From the NCBI GenBank assembly GCA_018065565.1, contig JAGHSZ010000015.1, positions 1,162-65,161 on the forward strand: DNA of 64,000 nt, read 5' to 3'. The notes under the pieces were generated by a model, which saw only the letters and a list, made by a program, of their open reading frames with translations, had not been told where the DNA came from and did no database searches. The DNA comes from Candidatus Colivivens caballi (GTDB lineage Bacteria; Bacteroidota; Bacteroidia; Bacteroidales; Bacteroidaceae). The position numbers and the translations under genes were made by a program. Below, piece by piece: positions 44,053-53,858 of the stretch (position 1 is the stretch's first letter; the number at the start of each line of letters is the position of its first letter).

Positions 44053-47000
44053 TTAGATTTTCTCGACTATGACAACAGCATTAAAGTCGTCGAAGTTCAC
44101 CACTTCTCCTTCTGGGTTGCCAAGGTCGATGCTTGTAGCAAGTACCTGTGATGCAATGTTGTCCTTGAACTTATCGAGTACTGCAATCGTTTCAGGCGTT
44201 TCAGTGATTTGTACCTTGATGCGGTCTGTAATTTCAAATCCTTGTGACTTACGGAGTCCCTGAATCTGCTTTATGAGTTTGCGGGCATTGCCTTCAATTT
44301 TAAGTTCTGGCGTAACGGTGATGTCGAGTGCGACAGTTACAGTGCCTTCGTTTGCAACGCTCCATCCCGGGATGTCTTGTGACATGATATCTACATCCGA
44401 GAGCTCGATGAGTGCATCTTCGCCTGCTGCATTGAGAGTCACTTGTCCGTTGGTTTCGAGTTCGGCTATCTGTGTCTGTGACATTGCGGCAACGGCATCG
44501 GCGACAGCCTTCATCATCTTTCCGAACTTCTTGCCCATAACGCGGAAGTTGCACTTAACTGTCTTTACGAGCATCTTGCCGTCCATCAGCTGCAGTTCCT
44601 TTACATTCACTTCTTTTGTAATAATATACTTCATTCGCTCAATGCGGGCACTGAACATTGGGTCGGTATCAGGGATTGCAATGGCTTGGAGTGCCTGAAT
44701 TACAGGGATCTTCACCTTCTTGCGGATGCTGAGACCCATTGATGTCACCGCCATTGCTGCATCCATCGCAGTTTCAAGTTCTGTGTCAATTTCAATCTCG
44801 TTGAAAGTAGGGAACTTGGCGAGATGAACACTCTGGGCGCTGTCTTTACCTGTAACTGCGTTGAGGTCGCGGAAGAGTTGGTCGGCATAGAATGGTGCGA
44901 TCGGAGCAATGAGACGGCTGAGTGTATCGAGACATGTGTAGAGTGTCTGATATGCAGAGAGCTTGTCCTGAGTCATTTCGCCACCCCAGAAACGAGGTTT
45001 GTTGAGACGGATGTACCAGTTGGACAGGTAGTCGATTACGAACTTCTGTATGAGACGGGCTGCTGGGGTAGGGTCGTAGTCGTCGAGATATGTCTGAACA
45101 TTCTTGACGAGTGTGTTGAGACCTGAGAGCAACCAGCGGTCGAAGTCAGGACGTTCGTTGTATGGGACTTCTGCTTCTTTGTATTCGAAACCATCTACAT
45201 TGGCATACATCGTGAAGAATGAGTATGCCTGATGGAGTTTGATGAAGAATGCAGATGTGATTTCCTTAACGCCTTCGGGGTCGAACGAGAGGTTATCCCA
45301 AGGGCTTGAGTTGGTAATCATGTACCAGCGTACGGCATCGGCACCGAACTGACCGATGCAGTCGAACGGATTGATTACATTACCCAAACGCTTCGACATC
45401 TTGATACCGTTTTTGTCGAGTACAAGTCCGTTGGAGATAACGGCCTTGAACGCAACAGAGTCGAATGCCATTGTCGCGATTGCATGGAGTGTGAAGAACC
45501 AACCACGGGTTTGGTCAACGCCTTCTGCGATGAAGTTTGCAGGGTAAGCTTTGCGGTCGTCAATGAGTTCGCGGTTCTCGAATGGATAGTGAATCTGTGC
45601 GTAAGGCATGGCACCTGAATCGAACCACACATCGATGAGGTCAAGTTCGCGTGTCAGTATGTTGCCGTCCTTGCCTGCGAGTTTGATGTCGTCAACATAA
45701 GGGCGGTGAAGGTCGATCTTGTCGTAGTTCTCCTGTGAGTAGTCGCCAGGAACGAAGCCTTTCTCCTTGAATGGATTGCTCTGCATCACTCCTGCGGCAA
45801 CGGCTTTCTCGATTTCGTTATAGAGTTCTTCGACCGAACCGATGCAGATTTCTTCCTTGGTGTCGCGGTTACGCCAGATAGGAAGTGGAGTTCCCCAGTA
45901 GCGTGAACGGCTGAGATTCCAGTCGTTGAGGTTTTCGAGCCATTTGCCGAAACGACCTGTACCAGTAGATTCAGGCTTCCACTGAATGGTCTTGTTGAGT
46001 TCAAACATGCGGTCTTTCTTCGCTGTTGAACGGATGAACCATGAATCGAGAGGATAGTAGAGTACTGGTTTGTCGGTTCTCCAACAGTGAGGATAGTTGT
46101 GGACATGCTTCTCAATTTTGAAAGCGCTGCCTTCTTCCTTCATTTCGAGACAAAGGATGACATTGAGGTCCATGTCCTTTGATGCAGACTTTTCGTCGTA
46201 CTTGCCACCAACATTGTATTTAGGGTCGTAAGCGTTCTTGACGAATGCACCTGAGTGCTTCCAGTAACTGTCGTTGACACAGAGTGCTTCGAAGTTGGCA
46301 TCCATGTCGTCCTTGAGGAAATATTTACCTGTGAAGTCCACCATTGGACGGGTGTCGCCAGCCTTGTCGATGATGAACAGCGATGGGATGCCTGCGTCCT
46401 TTGCCACCTTTGCGTCATCGGCACCGAATGTAGGAGCGATATGAACTATACCGGTACCGTCTTCTGTTGTGACATAGTCGCCAGGGATGACGCGGAATGC
46501 TTCTGCACTCTTGTCGATGACTTTGTCGCCATCGAGTGCGCATGGCTTTACCCAAGGCATCAGCTGTTGGTAGTGAAGACCAACAAGGTCGGTACCTTTG
46601 CCGCGCCAGATGATGTTGAGTGGCTGTTCGTTGCCGTCTTCATCCTTTTGTGCCTGGAAATATGCTGGCAGACGAGACTCGGCAAGAATGTATATTGCTT
46701 CTTCGCCTGTGTATGGATTGTTGCCCTTGAGTGCTACATAGTCAATCTTTGGCCCTACACAGAGCGCTGTGTTTGAAGGGAGAGTCCAAGGAGTAGTTGT
46801 CCATGCAAGGAAGTAAACCTTCTTGCCTTCTGTAAGTTCTGCTGCGAATGGAGTTGCATCTTTGAGTAGGAACTGAGCCGTTACGGTTGTGTCTTTGACA
46901 TCGCGGTAGCAGCCAGGCTGGTTGAGCTCGTGGCTGGAAAGTCCTGTACCTGCTGCTGGCGAATATGGCTGAATGGTGTATCCCTTATAGAGCAGGTCCT

Positions 47001-47505
47001 TGTTGTAGAGTTGTTTCAGGAGATACCACAGTGTTTCGATGTACTTGTTGTCGTAAGTGATGTATGGGTGTTCGAGGTCAACCCAATAACCCATCTTGTC
47101 GGTGAGTTGAGTCCATTCGTCGGTGTACATCATGACATTCTTGCGACAGGCATCGTTATAGTCATCGACCGAAATCTTCTTGCCGATGTCCTCCTTGGTG
47201 ATGCCGAGGCTCTTTTCAACAGAGAGTTCTACTGGTAATCCGTGGGTGTCCCATCCTGCCTTGCGCTTTACCTGGAAACCCTGCATGGTCTTGTAGCGGA
47301 GGAATGTGTCCTTGATGGTTCGACCCATAACATGGTGGATTCCTGGGTGTCCGTTTGCCGATGGAGGTCCTTCAAAGAATATAAAAGAAGGGCAGCCTTC
47401 GCGTTCGTCGATGCTCTTGTGGAACAAGTCTTCTGAATTCCACTGTGAGAGTATGTCTTTGTTGACCTGTGAGAGGTCGAGTTTGTTTCGTTCAGTAAAT
47501 TTCAT
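44053..47505 (-). CDS. ileS: Isoleucyl-tRNA synthetase (type 2, long form)
   Basis: 1150 aa with a HIGH-type motif (PSANGHPGIHHVMG) and a KMSKS motif (KMSKRLGN). Confidence 0.98.
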   Translation of the reverse strand: MKFTERNKLDLSQVNKDILSQWNSEDLFHKSIDEREGCPSFIFFEGPPSANGHPGIHHVMGRTIKDTFLRYKTMQGFQVKRKAGWDTHGLPVELSVEKSLGITKEDIGKKISVDDYNDACRKNVMMYTDEWTQLTDKMGYWVDLEHPYITYDNKYIETLWYLLKQLYNKDLLYKGYTIQPYSPAAGTGLSSHELNQPGCYRDVKDTTVTAQFLLKDATPFAAELTEGKKVYFLAWTTTPWTLPSNTALCVGPKIDYVALKGNNPYTGEEAIYILAESRLPAYFQAQKDEDGNEQPLNIIWRGKGTDLVGLHYQQLMPWVKPCALDGDKVIDKSAEAFRVIPGDYVTTEDGTGIVHIAPTFGADDAKVAKDAGIPSLFIIDKAGDTRPMVDFTGKYFLKDDMDANFEALCVNDSYWKHSGAFVKNAYDPKYNVGGKYDEKSASKDMDLNVILCLEMKEEGSAFKIEKHVHNYPHCWRTDKPVLYYPLDSWFIRSTAKKDRMFELNKTIQWKPESTGTGRFGKWLENLNDWNLSRSRYWGTPLPIWRNRDTKEEICIGSVEELYNEIEKAVAAGVMQSNPFKEKGFVPGDYSQENYDKIDLHRPYVDDIKLAGKDGNILTRELDLIDVWFDSGAMPYAQIHYPFENRELIDDRKAYPANFIAEGVDQTRGWFFTLHAIATMAFDSVAFKAVISNGLVLDKNGIKMSKRLGNVINPFDCIGQFGADAVRWYMITNSSPWDNLSFDPEGVKEITSAFFIKLHQAYSFFTMYANVDGFEYKEAEVPYNERPDFDRWLLSGLNTLVKNVQTYLDDYDPTPAARLIQKFVIDYLSNWYIRLNKPRFWGGEMTQDKLSAYQTLYTCLDTLSRLIAPIAPFYADQLFRDLNAVTGKDSAQSVHLAKFPTFNEIEIDTELETAMDAAMAVTSMGLSIRKKVKIPVIQALQAIAIPDTDPMFSARIERMKYIITKEVNVKELQLMDGKMLVKTVKCNFRVMGKKFGKMMKAVADAVAAMSQTQIAELETNGQVTLNAAGEDALIELSDVDIMSQDIPGWSVANEGTVTVALDITVTPELKIEGNARKLIKQIQGLRKSQGFEITDRIKVQITETPETIAVLDKFKDNIASQVLATSIDLGNPEGEVVNFDDFNAVVIVEKI

Positions 47506-47509
47506 GATG

Positions 47510-47962
47510 TTATTTCAGTTTGATGTTTCCTATTGTCTGTGTCTTTCCGCAGTAGTGGCACTTCACTACTCCTTGTTCTTTATCTACGTTGAATATGGTG
47601 TGCATCGGCTCGTTGTTGGTGATACATACCGGGTTGGCACATTTCACTACGTCGGTCAGTGTTTCGGGCAATACTATGTCGCGCTTCTCGACTACTTCAT
47701 AATCGCGAATGACTGCGAGCTTCATGTCGGGACAAACTACTGCCAGTCGGCTGAGCTCGTCGTCTGTAAAGAACTTGCCAGAAACTTTGATGATGCCTTT
47801 CTTGCTGCACTTGTGGCTTTCGAGGTTGTTGCCGATGGTTACAGGCTCGGTGAATTTGTCGAGTTGAAGCATCTGCACCAGTGTAAAGAGCTTGTCAACA
47901 GGTATGTGGTCAATGACCGAACCGTTTTCAAGTGCTGCTACTTGTAAGTCTTTATTCTTCAT
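47510..47962 (-). CDS. pyrI: Aspartate carbamoyltransferase regulatory subunit
   Basis: LQVAALENGSVIDHI and a C-terminal Zn-binding pair of Cys motifs (CANPVC, CHYC). Confidence 0.95.
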   Translation of the reverse strand: MKNKDLQVAALENGSVIDHIPVDKLFTLVQMLQLDKFTEPVTIGNNLESHKCSKKGIIKVSGKFFTDDELSRLAVVCPDMKLAVIRDYEVVEKRDIVLPETLTDVVKCANPVCITNNEPMHTIFNVDKEQGVVKCHYCGKTQTIGNIKLK

Positions 47963-47991
47963 GTCTTATATGCTGTTATCAAGCTTTTTTC

Positions 47992-48921
47992 TTATTCGGT
48001 AATATCTTCGAGTTTGAATCCCAGTACATGGCAGATAAGTGCCTGACGGGCATAGAGTCCGTTTTGTGCCTGCTGGAAATAGTAAGCATGTGATGAATCG
48101 TCAACATCGTATGCAATTTCATTGACGCGAGGCAGCGGATGGAGTATTTTCATGTTATCGCGGCATTTACCAAGCATGTCGACACGCAGGATGTAGGCAT
48201 CTTTTACTCGTTCATATTCCATAAGGTCGGTGAATCGCTCACGCTGAACTCGTGTCATATATAATATGTCAGCGTCGGCGATGGTCTCGGCTGTGAAGTC
48301 CTGCTGCTCGATGTAGTTAATGCCTTTTTCCTTGCAGAAACGCTTGTATTCCTCTGGCATCTCCAGCTCTTTTGGTGAGATGAAGTGGAATGTAGGATTA
48401 TATGGCTGCATTGACATCAGGAGCGAGTGGACTGTTCGTCCGTATTTGAGATCACCCACCATATAAATGTTCAGATTCTCCAGTGTGCCTTGTGTCTTGT
48501 ATATGGAGTAGAGGTCGAGCATGGTCTGTGAAGGGTGGAGGTTGCTTCCGTCACCGGCGTTGATGATTGGCACATTGGTCACTTCGCTGGCATAGAGTGC
48601 TGCACCTTCGAGCTTGTGGCGCATGACAATGACATCGGCATAATTGCTCACCATCTTGATAGTGTCCTTCAGGGTCTCACCTTTTGATGAACTTGTTACT
48701 TTCGGGTCGGTGAAACCGATGACACGGGCACCCAGTCGGTTTGCTGCGGTTTCAAACGATAGGCGTGTTCGTGTTGATGGTTCAAAGAACAGGGTTGCTA
48801 CCACTTTGCCTTCAAGTATTCGGCGGTTAGGGTTCTTTTCAAACTCTGCTGCCATATCGAGCAGCTGCTTAATCTGCTCTTTTGAATAATTGGCAATTGA
48901 TACAATGCTTTTATTTTCCAT
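47992..48921 (-). CDS. pyrB: Aspartate carbamoyltransferase catalytic subunit
   Basis: [17 protein letters not shown] and HPLPR motifs. Confidence 0.97.
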   Translation of the reverse strand: MENKSIVSIANYSKEQIKQLLDMAAEFEKNPNRRILEGKVVATLFFEPSTRTRLSFETAANRLGARVIGFTDPKVTSSSKGETLKDTIKMVSNYADVIVMRHKLEGAALYASEVTNVPIINAGDGSNLHPSQTMLDLYSIYKTQGTLENLNIYMVGDLKYGRTVHSLLMSMQPYNPTFHFISPKELEMPEEYKRFCKEKGINYIEQQDFTAETIADADILYMTRVQRERFTDLMEYERVKDAYILRVDMLGKCRDNMKILHPLPRVNEIAYDVDDSSHAYYFQQAQNGLYARQALICHVLGFKLEDITE

Positions 48922-48944
48922 TTGAGTTGTTTGATATAATTGTG

Positions 48945-48952
48945 CAAAGATA
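48945..48952 (-). promoter_or_regulatory. -7 promoter element (TATCTTTG) for pyrB-pyrI-ileS
   Basis: Lies 24 nt upstream of the pyrB ATG. Confidence 0.55.
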
Positions 48953-49178
48953 CATAAAAAACGGGAATTGCATGGTGGAAAACTGAAATTATGTGTTGTG
49001 GAATCTTGAATTTGCTCAAATAAGGGCTGTGATGGCTGACTTTTGAAAGATGTGCTTGCCTACGGAGCGGCTATTTCTTGACTGGGGCAGTGCCGCTGCC
49101 GATGATTTCTTCCGCATTCTCAGCAGGATAAATTAGTCAAAAAAGTGGTGGAATGTTTGGCGTGTAAATTATTTTTCG

Positions 49179-49186
49179 TACCTTTG
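49179..49186 (+). promoter_or_regulatory. -7 promoter element (TACCTTTG) for pfp
   Basis: Lies 113 nt upstream of the pfp ATG. Confidence 0.5.
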
Positions 49187-49298
49187 TACTTGAAAATGTG
49201 CTCAAACATGACAGACGGCATTCGCTAATGCTTTCGTCTGCAAAGAGATAAGTGCAGAAACAAAAACTCATTACATTATTTATAAACACAAAAGCATT

Positions 49299-50936
49299 AT
49301 GGAAAAAAGCAATTTACAGATTGCACGCGCTGCGTACCAGCCAAAACTCCCTAAGGCTCTGCTCGGAAGCGTAGTAGCAAAGGAAGGTCAGCCAACTCAG
49401 TCAGTGGGTGACCAGGCAGACATCAAGAAACTGTTCCCTAACACTTATGGCATGCCAGTCATTGAGTTCGAATCAGGCGAACAGAAGGCTCTCGAACCAT
49501 TCAATGTCGGTGTAATCCTCTCTGGTGGCCAGGCTCCTGGTGGTCACAATGTGATTAGCGGTATCTTCGACGGCATCAAGTCGCTCAACCCTGCCAACAA
49601 ACTCTACGGATTCATTCTCGGTCCTGGTGGCTTGGTTGACCACAAGTATATGGAACTCACTGCTGAAATCATTGACGAATACCGTAACACTGGTGGTTTT
49701 GACATCATCGGTTCTGGTCGTACAAAGCTCGAGGAAGAGTGGCAGTTCGAGAAGGGTATCAAGATTCTGAAGGAACTTGGCATCAAGGCTCTTGTCATCA
49801 TCGGCGGTGACGACTCAAACACTAATGCCTGCGTACTTGCTGAGTACTATGCAGCAAAGCAGTATGGCGTACAGGTAATCGGATGTCCTAAGACTATCGA
49901 CGGTGACTTGAAGAACGCTCAGATTGAAACTTCATTCGGCTTCGACACAGCATGTAAGACTTATTCTGAACTTATCGGTAACATCCAGCGTGACTGTAAC
50001 TCTGCTCGCAAGTACTGGCACTTCATCAAACTGATGGGTCGTTCTGCATCTCACATCGCGCTCGAATGTGCTCTTCAGTGCCAGCCAAATATTTGTCTCG
50101 TCAGTGAAGAGGTTGAGGCAAAGGCAATGAGTCTTGATGATGTTGTTAAGTATATTGCTGATGCTGTGGCACTCCGTGCTGCCGATGGCAACAACTTCGG
50201 TACTGTCCTCATTCCAGAAGGTTTGATCGAGTTCATCCCTGCAATTAAGGCTCTTATCGCAGAACTTAATGATGTTCTTGCAACCGATGAGGCAAAGGCA
50301 GTAAGCCGTAATAAGCAGCTCGACTATGTACGCGACCACATCTCAGAAGAGAACCTCAAGGTGTTCAACTCACTTCCTGTTGATGTTGCTACTCAACTCG
50401 CCCTCGACCGCGACCCTCACGGAAATGTACAGGTAAGCCTTATCGAGACAGAAAAACTTCTCTCTCACATGGTAGAGGCTAAGCTCGAGAAGATGAAGAA
50501 GGCTGGCAAGTTCGATGGCAAGTTTGCTACTCAGCACCACTTCTTCGGTTATGAAGGTCGCTGTGCAGCTCCATCTAACTATGATGCTGACTACTGCTAC
50601 AGCCTTGGTTTCAATGCTACTCGTCTGATTGCTAACGGCAAGACTGGTTACATGTCAATCATTAAGAACACTACTGCTCCTGCTGCTGAATGGATTGCTG
50701 GTGGTGTGCCTATCACCATGATGATGAACATGGAGAAGCGTAACGGTAAGATGAAACCAGTTATCCGTAAGGCTCTCGTTGAGCTCGACGGTGCACCATT
50801 CAAGTACTTTGCTTCAAAGCGTGCTAACTGGGCTCGTTACACATCTTATGTCTATCCAGGTCCTATCCAGTACTTTGGCCCAACAGAAGTTTGCGACCAG
50901 AGCACAATCACTCTGAAACTTGAACAAGGCAAGTAA
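49299..50936 (+). CDS. pfp: Diphosphate--fructose-6-phosphate 1-phosphotransferase (PPi-PFK)
   Basis: [11 protein letters not shown] (Asp variant typical of PPi-dependent enzymes), PKTIDGDLK and MGRSASH. Confidence 0.95.
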   Translation: MEKSNLQIARAAYQPKLPKALLGSVVAKEGQPTQSVGDQADIKKLFPNTYGMPVIEFESGEQKALEPFNVGVILSGGQAPGGHNVISGIFDGIKSLNPANKLYGFILGPGGLVDHKYMELTAEIIDEYRNTGGFDIIGSGRTKLEEEWQFEKGIKILKELGIKALVIIGGDDSNTNACVLAEYYAAKQYGVQVIGCPKTIDGDLKNAQIETSFGFDTACKTYSELIGNIQRDCNSARKYWHFIKLMGRSASHIALECALQCQPNICLVSEEVEAKAMSLDDVVKYIADAVALRAADGNNFGTVLIPEGLIEFIPAIKALIAELNDVLATDEAKAVSRNKQLDYVRDHISEENLKVFNSLPVDVATQLALDRDPHGNVQVSLIETEKLLSHMVEAKLEKMKKAGKFDGKFATQHHFFGYEGRCAAPSNYDADYCYSLGFNATRLIANGKTGYMSIIKNTTAPAAEWIAGGVPITMMMNMEKRNGKMKPVIRKALVELDGAPFKYFASKRANWARYTSYVYPGPIQYFGPTEVCDQSTITLKLEQGK

Positions 50937-50978
50937 AAATAAACCTGCTAAAACTGCGCATCGCAGCAAGGCTAAATC

Positions 50979-51014
50979 AAAGGGGAAGAACGCTTCTGTT
51001 TCTTCCCCTTTTAC
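50979..51014 (+). terminator. Rho-independent terminator of pfp
   Basis: AAGGGGAAGAA (50980-50990) pairs with TTCTTCCCCTT (51000-51010), followed by a T-run. Confidence 0.75.
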
Positions 51015-51030
51015 TCATGTCCGTTCTAAT

Positions 51031-51777
51031 TTGTTCTGGACATTGGTTGCACTGGTCACCGTCGTACTGCTGATCTTTATCGGAAAGGTGGTCATCGACC
51101 ATCCTTTCAGCATTCTGCCGAGATTTGGCGAGGTGAAATATCCTGCTGGCGACATCCGCGGCATAGATGTGAGTCATTATCAGGAAGATATTGACTGGCA
51201 ACGACTAACAAGCGCACAGCTCAATGGCGTGCCTGTCCGTTTCGTTTTCATCAAGGCTACGGAAGGCTCGGACATGCTTGACAGCTATTTCAACCGAAAC
51301 TTTGCACAGGCACACAAGCAGGGAATCATCTGCGGAGCCTATCACTTCTTTTCAACTAAAAGTTCTGCCAAGGCACAGGCACGATGGTTCTGCCGTGAAG
51401 TCTGGCTCGACGATATCGACTTGCCACCGGTCCTGGACATTGAGCAAACGGGTGGGCTTGCCACTCCCGAACTCCGCTCACAGGTGTTGCAGTGGCTCAA
51501 TCATGTAGAAAGTCATTACGGAGTTACTCCTATATTATATACATCATACAGTTTCAAGAAGCGTTATCTAAACACGCCTGAGTTTGACCGCTATCCTTAT
51601 TGGATTGCTCACTACTATGTGGATAAACTCAAATATACTGGTAAGTGGCATTTCTGGCAGCATTCCGACCGGGGCGAGGTTGATGGCATTGACCACGATG
51701 TCGATGTGAATGTGTTCAATGGCAATTATGAGGACTTGCTAAACATGACTATTGGACGCCAGAAAAAAGATGACTGA
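51031..51777 (+). CDS. GH25 muramidase (lysozyme) with an N-terminal membrane anchor; start uncertain
   Basis: GIDVSHYQEDIDW and FVFIKATEG...GAYHF motifs. The track ORF starts at a TTG at 50920, inside pfp and upstream of the pfp terminator. The in-frame TTG at 51031 would start directly at the TM helix. Confidence 0.8.
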   Translation: MFWTLVALVTVVLLIFIGKVVIDHPFSILPRFGEVKYPAGDIRGIDVSHYQEDIDWQRLTSAQLNGVPVRFVFIKATEGSDMLDSYFNRNFAQAHKQGIICGAYHFFSTKSSAKAQARWFCREVWLDDIDLPPVLDIEQTGGLATPELRSQVLQWLNHVESHYGVTPILYTSYSFKKRYLNTPEFDRYPYWIAHYYVDKLKYTGKWHFWQHSDRGEVDGIDHDVDVNVFNGNYEDLLNMTIGRQKKDD

Positions 51778-51915
51778 CGCTGTGCTTGCCTGTACTGTCT
51801 TATTTTTATGGCTATATTGTGTGACATACTGAACTGCATCGCCGCTTTCATTGATTCCGTTCATAAACGGGTTGCACGATGCTCTGTTCATTCTTTTGAG
51901 AATGAATATAGTGGT

Positions 51916-52956
51916 ATGTTGCTGCTTATGCTCACATCATTCTCGTTTTCTTTTGTCGCTTGCAAGGAACAGCCGCAGAAGGACCTTGGAGTGTTTCACA
52001 CAACTTCTTCCTCGGGGCTTGACCTTGATGTCATCCAGCAGAATGGTGAACTCATTGCTGTCGCTATGTATGGGCAGGACACTTATTTTGAACATCTGGG
52101 TGAAGGTTTCGGTGCGCAGTATATGATTGCAAGGGAGTTTGCACGGAGCATAGGCTGCACAATCCGTCTGGATGTCATGCCCGACAGTGCATCGATGATT
52201 CATCGGCTCGATGATGGCGAGGCTGATGTGGCGTTGTTTCCTAACACGGAGAAATGGGTGACGCGTGCTGATGCGCCACAACTCAAACAGACTCTGCACC
52301 AGTGGGTCAAGGATAATCGTGAGAACTTCGTGGCAATGACTACGATCCGTGTGTATGATGAGCGTGGCCGTGTTTATGCGCCGCGTCGCCATGTGTACAG
52401 TCCGGTGCTCAATGCCTCTCTCGGTCAGATCAGTCAGTACGACAATCTTTTCCGGAAATATGCCGCACAGTGTGGCTGGGACTGGCGCTTGCTGGCTGCC
52501 CAGTCGTATCAGGAAAGTGCGTTCGATGCCAATGCTGTCAGCTCAATGGGGGCACTCGGGCTTATGCAACTCATGCCACGCACTGCGGCGAGTCTTGGCA
52601 TATCGGTCAGCCAGGCATTTAATCCTGAAACCAATCTGCGTGGAGCCGCCCGCTATATTACCCGGCTCAATCAGTATTATTCTGGTATTGCTGACCCGAA
52701 TGAGCGTATCTGCTTTGTCCTTGCTGCTTATAATGGTGGAGAGGGGCATATTGACGATGCCCGTCGTCTTGCAAAAAAGATGGGGCGCGATGCTGACCGG
52801 TGGAGTGGGGGTGTTGACCTGTGTGTTTTGCATCTTTCGGAGTCACGCTACTACAATGACCCGGATGTGCGTCATGGATATATGCGTGGCAGTGAGACTT
52901 ATAATTATGTTGCTGACATCCTGAGCCGATGGCGGCAGTATCAGGGCATCAGGTGA
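51916..52956 (+). CDS. MltF-like lytic murein transglycosylase (solute-binding-like plus SLT domain) lipoprotein
   Basis: Lipoprotein signal MLLLMLTSFSFSFVAC and the SLT motif AQSYQESAFDANAVSSMGALGLMQLMP. Confidence 0.85.
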   Translation: MLLLMLTSFSFSFVACKEQPQKDLGVFHTTSSSGLDLDVIQQNGELIAVAMYGQDTYFEHLGEGFGAQYMIAREFARSIGCTIRLDVMPDSASMIHRLDDGEADVALFPNTEKWVTRADAPQLKQTLHQWVKDNRENFVAMTTIRVYDERGRVYAPRRHVYSPVLNASLGQISQYDNLFRKYAAQCGWDWRLLAAQSYQESAFDANAVSSMGALGLMQLMPRTAASLGISVSQAFNPETNLRGAARYITRLNQYYSGIADPNERICFVLAAYNGGEGHIDDARRLAKKMGRDADRWSGGVDLCVLHLSESRYYNDPDVRHGYMRGSETYNYVADILSRWRQYQGIR

Positions 52957-52991
52957 TGATATTAATTAATCAAATAAAAAAATACAGAACT

Positions 52992-53642
52992 ATGAGAAGA
53001 ATCTTATTGACTTTTGCTCTTGTGCTTTCTGCTGTGATGCTTTCTGCACAGGAGGGGCGCGTCCGTGTGGCGTGCGTCGGCAACAGCATTACTTGGGGAC
53101 ATGGCATTAAAGACCGTGACCACGACACTTATCCCGCTGTTCTTGGCCGCCTGCTTGGTGATGGCTATGAAGTGGGCAATTTTGGCATCTGTGGCTGCAC
53201 CATGATGAACAAGGGCGACCAGCCTTATATGAAGGAACAGGCCTACCGTGATGCGCTTGCGTTCAATCCTGACATCGTGATTATCAAGCTGGGTACAAAC
53301 GATTCGAAGCCGCAGAACTGGAAATACAAGGATACATTCATGGATGATATGCGTACGCTCGTGACCAGTTTCCAGAACTTGCCGACTAAACCTAAGATTT
53401 ACATCTGCTATCCTATCCCGAGCACATATACTCGCTGGGATATCAACGACAGTGTCACCCGTCATGGTGTCATTCCTTGCATCAAGAGGGTTGCAAAGAA
53501 GATGCATCTGCCTGTTATCGACCTTTATACTGCATTTACTCCTTATGTCCACCTGCTTCCTGACAATGTGCATCCTAATGAAGATGGTGCGGCACTTATC
53601 GCGCAGTGGCTCTCACTGCGAATTCTCGAGGACAGGAAATAA
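52992..53642 (+). CDS. Secreted SGNH/GDSL-family hydrolase (acetylesterase-like)
   Basis: Signal peptide, block I VACVGNSITWG, block III KLGTNDS and block V DNVHPNEDG. Confidence 0.8.
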   Translation: MRRILLTFALVLSAVMLSAQEGRVRVACVGNSITWGHGIKDRDHDTYPAVLGRLLGDGYEVGNFGICGCTMMNKGDQPYMKEQAYRDALAFNPDIVIIKLGTNDSKPQNWKYKDTFMDDMRTLVTSFQNLPTKPKIYICYPIPSTYTRWDINDSVTRHGVIPCIKRVAKKMHLPVIDLYTAFTPYVHLLPDNVHPNEDGAALIAQWLSLRILEDRK

Positions 53643-53662
53643 CTGTGACTTATACGATAGTG

Positions 53663-53716
53663 AAAACCCTCATCAGCATTGAAGGCGGTGCTTCTTTGTT
53701 GATGAGGGTTTTTTCG
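53663..53716. terminator. Bidirectional hairpin terminator
   Basis: AAAACCCTCATCA (53663-53675) pairs with TGATGAGGGTTTT (53700-53712), followed by a T-run. It lies between the SGNH gene (+) and the tRNA (-). Confidence 0.75.
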
Positions 53717-53740
53717 GTTGGTGTGGCTTTTTCTTTCGTG

Positions 53741-53814
53741 TGACCTCGATGGGATTCAAACCCATGACCTTCAGAACCGGAATCTGACGCTCTATTCAGC
53801 TAAGCTACGAGGCC
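53741..53814 (-). tRNA. tRNA-Arg (anticodon CCG)
   Basis: A manual cloverleaf fits: acceptor GGCCTCG/CGAGGTC plus discriminator A, D arm GCTT..GAGC, anticodon stem TCAGA/TCTGA with loop TTCCGGT, and T arm ATGGG-TTTGAAT-CCCAT. CCA is not encoded. Confidence 0.9.
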
Positions 53815-53858
53815 GTTGCCTGCAAAACAAAGCTTGCAGGTCACCTGATATGCACAAT

